Source: Stella vacuolata (GTDB lineage: Bacteria; Pseudomonadota; Alphaproteobacteria; ATCC43930; Allostellaceae). Taken from it: 32,000 bases of DNA. Both the position numbers and the translations under genes were made by a program. Positions 27,875-32,000 of the stretch are shown one piece after another. Position 1 is the stretch's first letter. Every line of letters begins with the position of its first letter. Under the pieces are notes generated by a model. That model ran no database searches. It was not told where the DNA came from and saw nothing but the letters and a program-made list of their open reading frames with translations. Location of the stretch: assembly GCA_006739055.1 (NCBI GenBank), contig AP019702.1:2535388-2567387 (forward strand), read 5' to 3'.

Positions 27875-28620
27875 CGGGGGCTTCCCAGGGTTTGCGGTTG
27901 CCAGGGCACGAGCCGGCGCAGGAGCGCGTCCAGCCCGTAGTAGAGCGCGATCGCCATGGCGGCCAGGACCACCAGGGCTGCGAACAGGAGGTCGATCTGC
28001 ATGCGCCCGTTGGCGTGCAGCATCAGGAATCCGAGGCCGGCGCCGCTGCCGACCCATTCGCCGATGACGGCGCCGATCGGCGCCACGGCGGCGGCGATGC
28101 GCAGGCCCTGGGCCAGGGCGGGCAGGGCGGCCGGGATGCGCAGGTGGCGCAGGATGGCGCCCTCGCGCGCACCCATCGTCCGGGCCAGCTCCATCCAGCC
28201 GGCGGGCGTGGTGCGCAGCCCGTCGAAGAAGGAGGCCGCGACCGGGAAGTAGATGACCAGCGCGGCCATGACGATCTTGGAGGCGAGGCCGTAGCCGAAC
28301 CACAGCACCAGCAGGGGCGCCAGGGCGAAGACGGGAACCGCCTGGCTGGCGATGACCACCGGCAGCAGCCAGCGCCGGGCGATCGACGAGCGCACCACCA
28401 GCAGCGCGGTGCCGACCCCCAGTACCACCCCGCACAGCAGCCCCAGCACGATCTCGGTCGCGGTGATCAGCGCGTGGTGGGCGAGCAGGTCGGCGCGCAC
28501 CCACAGGGCGACGGCGACCGCGCTCGGCGGCGGCAGGATGTAGGGGGGCAGCTCCAGCAGGCGGGCGGCGGCCTCCCAGACGGCGACCAGCCCGGCCGCG
28601 GTGATCAGGCCGCGATACAT
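27871..28620 (-). CDS. ABC transporter permease (NitT/TauT family, ThiX-like)
   Basis: 249 aa and hydrophobic, with the EAA-like loop 'ELARTMGAREGAILRHLRIPAALPAL'. Confidence 0.85.
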   Translation of the reverse strand: MYRGLITAAGLVAVWEAAARLLELPPYILPPPSAVAVALWVRADLLAHHALITATEIVLGLLCGVVLGVGTALLVVRSSIARRWLLPVVIASQAVPVFALAPLLVLWFGYGLASKIVMAALVIYFPVAASFFDGLRTTPAGWMELARTMGAREGAILRHLRIPAALPALAQGLRIAAAVAPIGAVIGEWVGSGAGLGFLMLHANGRMQIDLLFAALVVLAAMAIALYYGLDALLRRLVPWQPQTLGSPR

Positions 28621-28623
28621 CCC

Positions 28624-29361
28624 TCAGGCTCCATCTTCGGCCAGGCGGCGCAGCAGCTCGCCCTGGAGCGCCAGCACGCCCGGGTCGTCGACGGCGCGGA
28701 GCGGCGTGCCCGGCGGCAGGATCGGAGCGGACAGGCGGGCGGGACGGCCGGTCATGACGAAGACCCGGTGGCCGAGCCGGAGCGCCTCCAGCGGGTCGTG
28801 GGTGACCAGCAGCACGGTGCGGCCGGCCAGGCGTTCGGCCGCCAGGGTCTGCAGGCGCAGCCGGGTGACGGCGTCGACGGCGGCGAAGGGCTCGTCCATC
28901 AGGACGATGGGCCGGTCTTCCATCAGGGTGCGGGCCAGCGCGACCCGCTGGCGCATGCCGCCCGACAGGGCGGCGGGGCGCTGCCGGGCGGCGGCGGCGA
29001 GCCCCAGCTCCGCCAGGAGCGCCTCGGCCCGGCCATGGTCCGGGGGCTGGCCGCGCAGCCGCGCGCCGAGCAGGACATTGTCGCGGGCATCGAGCCAGGG
29101 CAGCAGCAGGTCCTGCTGCGCCATGAAGGCGACCCGGGCGGCGACCGGCCCGCCATCGCCCGCCGCGACCCCTCCGGCCCTGCTGCCCGGCACCAGCCCG
29201 GCCACCAGCCGCAGCAGAGTGGACTTGCCGACCCCGCTCGGGCCCAGCAGGCAGGTCCAGCGGCCGGCCTCGATGTCGAGGTCGAGATCGGCGAACAGCG
29301 CCCGGCCATCGAAGGCGACGCCGGCACGGTCGAGACGGATGGAGGGTGCGGAAACGGTCAA
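28624..29361 (-). CDS. ABC transporter ATP-binding protein (ThiZ-like)
   Basis: 245 aa with Walker A 'GPSGVGKST', signature 'LSGGMRQRVALARTL' and Walker B 'IVLMDEPF'. The only in-frame start near the N-terminus is TTG at 29361. Confidence 0.85.
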   Translation of the reverse strand: MTVSAPSIRLDRAGVAFDGRALFADLDLDIEAGRWTCLLGPSGVGKSTLLRLVAGLVPGSRAGGVAAGDGGPVAARVAFMAQQDLLLPWLDARDNVLLGARLRGQPPDHGRAEALLAELGLAAAARQRPAALSGGMRQRVALARTLMEDRPIVLMDEPFAAVDAVTRLRLQTLAAERLAGRTVLLVTHDPLEALRLGHRVFVMTGRPARLSAPILPPGTPLRAVDDPGVLALQGELLRRLAEDGA

Positions 29362-29371
29362 CGGGATACGA

Positions 29372-29475
29372 CGCCTCTCCCTTCGCCGGCATGACCCGGA
29401 TCAGGTTCAAGGGGTCGTTTCCCGCTGGTGGAAACCTCTCAGCCGGCCCCGGCCGGCTCCCCCGGGGATGAAGCG
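29372..29475 (-). promoter_or_regulatory. TPP (THI-box) riboswitch
   Basis: The minus-strand RNA reads CGCUUCAUCCCCGGGGGAGCCGGCCGGGGCCGGCUGAGAGGUUUCCACCAGCGGGAAACGACCCCUUGAACCUGAUCCGGGUCAUGCCGGCGAAGGGAGAGGCG. It contains the THI-box hallmarks GGGGAGC...CUGAGA...ACCC...ACCUGAUCCGGGUCAUGCCGGCGAAGGGA and a P1 helix CGCUUC/GAGGCG. It lies 10 nt upstream of the ABC ATPase start. Confidence 0.85.
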
Positions 29476-29478
29476 TTC

Positions 29479-29508
29479 AATATGGTGGCAACCGCGACGG
29501 CGATGCAA
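29479..29508 (-). promoter_or_regulatory. Tentative promoter of the thi ABC operon (TTGCAT-18 nt-CATATT)
   Basis: On the minus strand, -35 is at 29508..29503 and -10 at 29484..29479. The predicted start falls at the 5' end of riboswitch P1. The call rests on hexamer matching only. Confidence 0.35.
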
Positions 29509-29539
29509 GTATCCGCGGCCGGGGCGTGCGGGACGACGG

Positions 29540-30514
29540 TCAGCGGGTCGCCAGTGCGACGATGTCGTCGAGCGTGCCGCGGCCGAGATGGGCATCCATG
29601 ACCGCCGTCTCGGGCGTCTCGCCATAGGCGGCTGCCAGGCGGTGTCGGTGGGATTCGAGGGCCGCGATCGACCGGCCCATCAGGTCGCAGCCGGCCACCG
29701 GGTCGAGGAACGCCCCGGCCAGCGTCCGCACCGGGCCCCGGCCGGACTCGGCCAGGATGTAGCCGGCCGGCGCCGGCCCGGCCATGGAGGGAGTGGCGTC
29801 CCGCGGCGCGGTCACCGTTGCCGCGGTCAGCACCAGCGTGCCCAGGGCGGCCCGGGCCAGGGCTTCGTCGCCCGCCAGGTTGCTGATCAGCCGGCCGCGG
29901 TCGATGCAGAGATAGAGATAGTAGAGCGCGCCATCGATCCCGGGCGCGCCGTCGCCGGACCCATTGACCTCCGGGGGCGAGCCATGGGTGGTGATGGCAT
30001 GGGCCACCTGGACCGCGGCCTCGCGATCGAACCCGGCCAGGCCCGGCAGGGCGCGGCCGAAGAGCGCGATGTCGACCGCATCGTCGGCGTGGCGCAGCAG
30101 CTCTCCCGGCGCGGCCGTCACGGCTTCGCCGGCGGCAATGCGGCGGGCCAGCGCCAGGGCGAGGCGCTGTTCCGCCGGCGCCAGCAGGGCCCGGTCGGCC
30201 TGGAAGCCGGCGGGCAGCGCGAACTGGGCCGCGACCGCCGCCGCCGCCGCGCGCGCCGCGGGCTCCGGCACGGCTTCGGCCATCAGCCGGCTGCCGATCG
30301 CCGGGACCAGTTCCAGGACCGGCCGCGACAGATGACCCGCCAGCGTGGTGGCGAAGACGGGCGAGGCGCACCAGGCGCGCACCAGCGACTGGGACGAGAT
30401 GCGCCGGCGCGGGTGATTGCCGAAGATGGCGGTCTTGGGCCGGCCGGCCGCGTCCCGCTCGGGCGCGGACGGCGGATAGGCAACCAGGAGATGGAGCTGG
30501 AGCAGGGGGATCAT
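29540..30514 (-). CDS. Cas7e (CasC/Cse4, Cas_CT1975 family)-like RAMP protein, orphan (no other cas genes or array nearby)
   Basis: 324 aa, with RBS GAAGGA 4 nt upstream of ATG 30514. Its blocks match E. coli CasC as I remember it. 'LHLLVAYPPSAPERDAAGRPKTAIFGNHPRRRISSQSLVRAW' matches '[42 protein letters not shown]'. 'VDIALFGR', 'VAHAITTH' and 'GALYYLY' match 'VDIALSGR', 'IAHAITTH' and 'GVFYRY'. Confidence 0.7.
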   Translation of the reverse strand: MIPLLQLHLLVAYPPSAPERDAAGRPKTAIFGNHPRRRISSQSLVRAWCASPVFATTLAGHLSRPVLELVPAIGSRLMAEAVPEPAARAAAAAVAAQFALPAGFQADRALLAPAEQRLALALARRIAAGEAVTAAPGELLRHADDAVDIALFGRALPGLAGFDREAAVQVAHAITTHGSPPEVNGSGDGAPGIDGALYYLYLCIDRGRLISNLAGDEALARAALGTLVLTAATVTAPRDATPSMAGPAPAGYILAESGRGPVRTLAGAFLDPVAGCDLMGRSIAALESHRHRLAAAYGETPETAVMDAHLGRGTLDDIVALATR

Positions 30515-30866
30515 GATGTCCTTCGGGCCGCTGCCATCGTGGAAGGGCGGGATGCGGGCCGCCCGGGCCAGGCTGCATCCTATGGAATAGACCTAGATTT
30601 CACCATCTGACAATTCGTCCGGTGGTTGTGCGATCCCGGAGGGCGGATGCCTTCACCCAGGCTTCGCAGCAGGTGCGCTCTTCTTCCCAGGGTTGAGCGC
30701 GCATCCAGCCGTCATGGAGCCGCTGCTCGCCCATGACGTGTCGTTCCAGCCGGCCGCGCGGCCCGGCGCCTATCGCGCGATGTGCCCCCTGCCGGCGCCG
30801 GCTGGCGGTGCCGAGTCCGGGTGCTTGACACGCACGGGGCGGCGGCCCCGAATGCCGGCGATCGCA

Positions 30867-30896
30867 CCGACTGCGGCGGCCAGCCGCCGCAGTCGG
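30867..30896. repeat. Perfect 13-bp GC-rich inverted repeat with 4-nt loop (CCGACTGCGGCGG-CCAG-CCGCCGCAGTCGG)
   Basis: Read directly from the sequence. It lies in the 453-bp spacer between the Cas7e-like gene and the STAS-kinase gene, ~70 nt upstream of the latter's ATG. There is no flanking U-tract on either strand. Confidence 0.6.
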
Positions 30897-30967
30897 CGCC
30901 TGGCGATTTCGACCCAACAGGATGGACCGGCCGCAGGCGTCGGCCATGGAACGGAGACGGCCAGGCC

Positions 30968-32000
30968 ATGCTCATCAATGCCCAGCGTGCGGACGACCGG
31001 CTGACCCTGGCCCTGGACGGCCGGCTCGACATCGCCACGGCGCCGGTCCTGGCGCGGGAACTCGCGCTGGAGGGGGTCCGGCACCTCGTCCTGGACTTCG
31101 ATCGCTGCCCCTACATCTCCAGCGCCGGGCTGCGGGAGCTTCTGCGCGCGCAGAAGCAGCTGACGGCGGCGGGCGGCACGATGCTGCTGACCAACGTGCC
31201 GCGCGAGGTGCAGGAGGTGCTGGACATGACCGGCCTCTCCAGCCTGATCCCGAGCCGGGGCAAGGTGCGGCAGATCTCCATCGACGGGCTGGAGTTCCTG
31301 TCCGCCGGGGTCTGCGGCGAATGCTATCGCCTCGACGAGGAGACGATCGTCAAGCTCTACAACGAGGGGGTGGAGCCGGCGATCGCCGAGAAGGAGAAGG
31401 CGTTCGCCAAGGCGGCCTTCGTGCTGGGGATACCCACCGCCATCTCCTACGACGTCGTCGCCTGCGGCAGCCGCACCGGCGTCGTCTACGAGATGCTGGA
31501 CGCGACCCTGTTCAGCGCGGTCATCCGCAACGATCTGGCCGCCATCGACCGGCACGCCGAGCGGCTGGCTCGGATCACCCAGGCCGTCCACGACACGAAG
31601 GCGGATCCCGGCATCTTCCCGGACATCAAGGAGAGCTTCCGGTCCTACATCGACCAGATGGCCTTCTTCCTGTCGGCGGAGGAGATCGGGTTCCTGCAGC
31701 GCAAGCTGGACGCGATCCCCGATGCCGATACCTGCGTGCATTTCGACCTGCACACCAGCAACATCATGATCCGCGCGGGCGAGCCGGTGATCATCGACAT
31801 GGGCGACCTGTCGCGCGGCCACTACCTGTTCGACGTCGGCCTCCTGTGCACCATCTACGGCTATCCGGAGCTGGGCATCAGCGAGCTGGCGACGAAGATC
31901 CCGGGCGAGGACGGCGCCCGCCTGCTGGAGGGTTTCCTGAAGGCCTATTTCGCCGACAAGCCGGAGGAGGAATACCGGCTGTTCGAGGAGAACCGCCACT
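30968..32000 (+). CDS. STAS (anti-sigma-factor-antagonist-like) domain fused to an APH/choline-kinase-fold phosphotransferase (partial; 3' end outside window)
   Basis: Not in the ORF track (no stop in the window); I translated it from ATG 30968 (GGAG 11 nt upstream). The STAS part reads MLINAQRADDRLTLALDGRLDIATAPVLARELALEGVRHLVLDFDRCPYISSAGLRELLRAQKQL...LLTNVPREVQEVLDMTGL. The kinase part has 'VVYEMLD', the Brenner motif 'VHFDLHTSNIMI' and 'VIIDMGDLSRG'. Antisense ORF 30770..31999 is a shadow. Confidence 0.75.
   Translation, partial: MLINAQRADDRLTLALDGRLDIATAPVLARELALEGVRHLVLDFDRCPYISSAGLRELLRAQKQLTAAGGTMLLTNVPREVQEVLDMTGLSSLIPSRGKVRQISIDGLEFLSAGVCGECYRLDEETIVKLYNEGVEPAIAEKEKAFAKAAFVLGIPTAISYDVVACGSRTGVVYEMLDATLFSAVIRNDLAAIDRHAERLARITQAVHDTKADPGIFPDIKESFRSYIDQMAFFLSAEEIGFLQRKLDAIPDADTCVHFDLHTSNIMIRAGEPVIIDMGDLSRGHYLFDVGLLCTIYGYPELGISELATKIPGEDGARLLEGFLKAYFADKPEEEYRLFEENRH

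Noticed and set aside
30600-30947. 115-aa minus-strand ORF (and a 44-aa sub-ORF starting MGEQRLHDGW) upstream of the Cas7e-like gene, considered as a possible partner such as a small Cse2-like subunit
   Set aside because: The translation is Arg-rich and low-complexity, codon third positions are not GC-biased like real genes here, and there is no RBS. I prefer to treat the region as non-coding spacer, though a small protein cannot be excluded without expression data.
30770-31999. 409-aa minus-strand ORF at the right end of the window
   Set aside because: It is antisense to the STAS-kinase reading frame, which has clear STAS and HxDxxxxN/DxG kinase motifs and GC3-rich codons. The minus-frame product is Asp/Arg/Leu/Gly-rich with no motifs.

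Overview
This is a very GC-rich bacterial chromosomal window; gene content suggests an alphaproteobacterium, but that is a guess. I call 32 protein-coding genes, one TPP riboswitch, one clear intrinsic terminator, three REP-like repeats and a few tentative promoters and operators. I found no rRNA, tRNA, integrase/transposase or CRISPR array. Left to right: (1) A minus-strand block holds a PLP dehydratase (partial), a type II haloacid dehalogenase and an Slt70-like lytic transglycosylase. The same block carries a molybdenum-cofactor maturation operon: coxD (MoxR AAA+), coxE (VWA), a split xdhC, an intra-operon REP cluster, a molybdopterin-binding::MocA-like fusion and a SufS/NifS-type cysteine desulfurase. 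(2) About 3.3 kb of visibly less GC-rich DNA carries a GmrSD-like DUF262/DUF1524 type IV restriction candidate, hicAB and an orphan secreted protein. (3) Next come a YdbH/AsmA-like membrane protein and a small orphan gene. (4) A plus-strand operon encodes an AtzG-like peptide, an amidase-signature enzyme, a 2Fe-2S ferredoxin, a MOSC protein and a DUF1398 protein. (5) coxG-coxS-coxL-coxM encode a form II (AYRGAGR) CODH-family molybdenum hydroxylase. (6) These are followed by a DedA protein, an ArsB/NhaD-superfamily permease and a tandem USP. (7) A TPP-riboswitch-controlled thiXYZ-like ABC importer follows. (8) The most unusual item is an intact, host-like gene for a Cas7e (CasC/Cse4)-like protein with no other cas gene or array in 32 kb. 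It sits next to a 453-bp spacer containing a perfect GC hairpin and a divergent STAS::APH-type kinase fusion (truncated by the window end). All family assignments rest on motif recognition by eye and memory, not on database searches.
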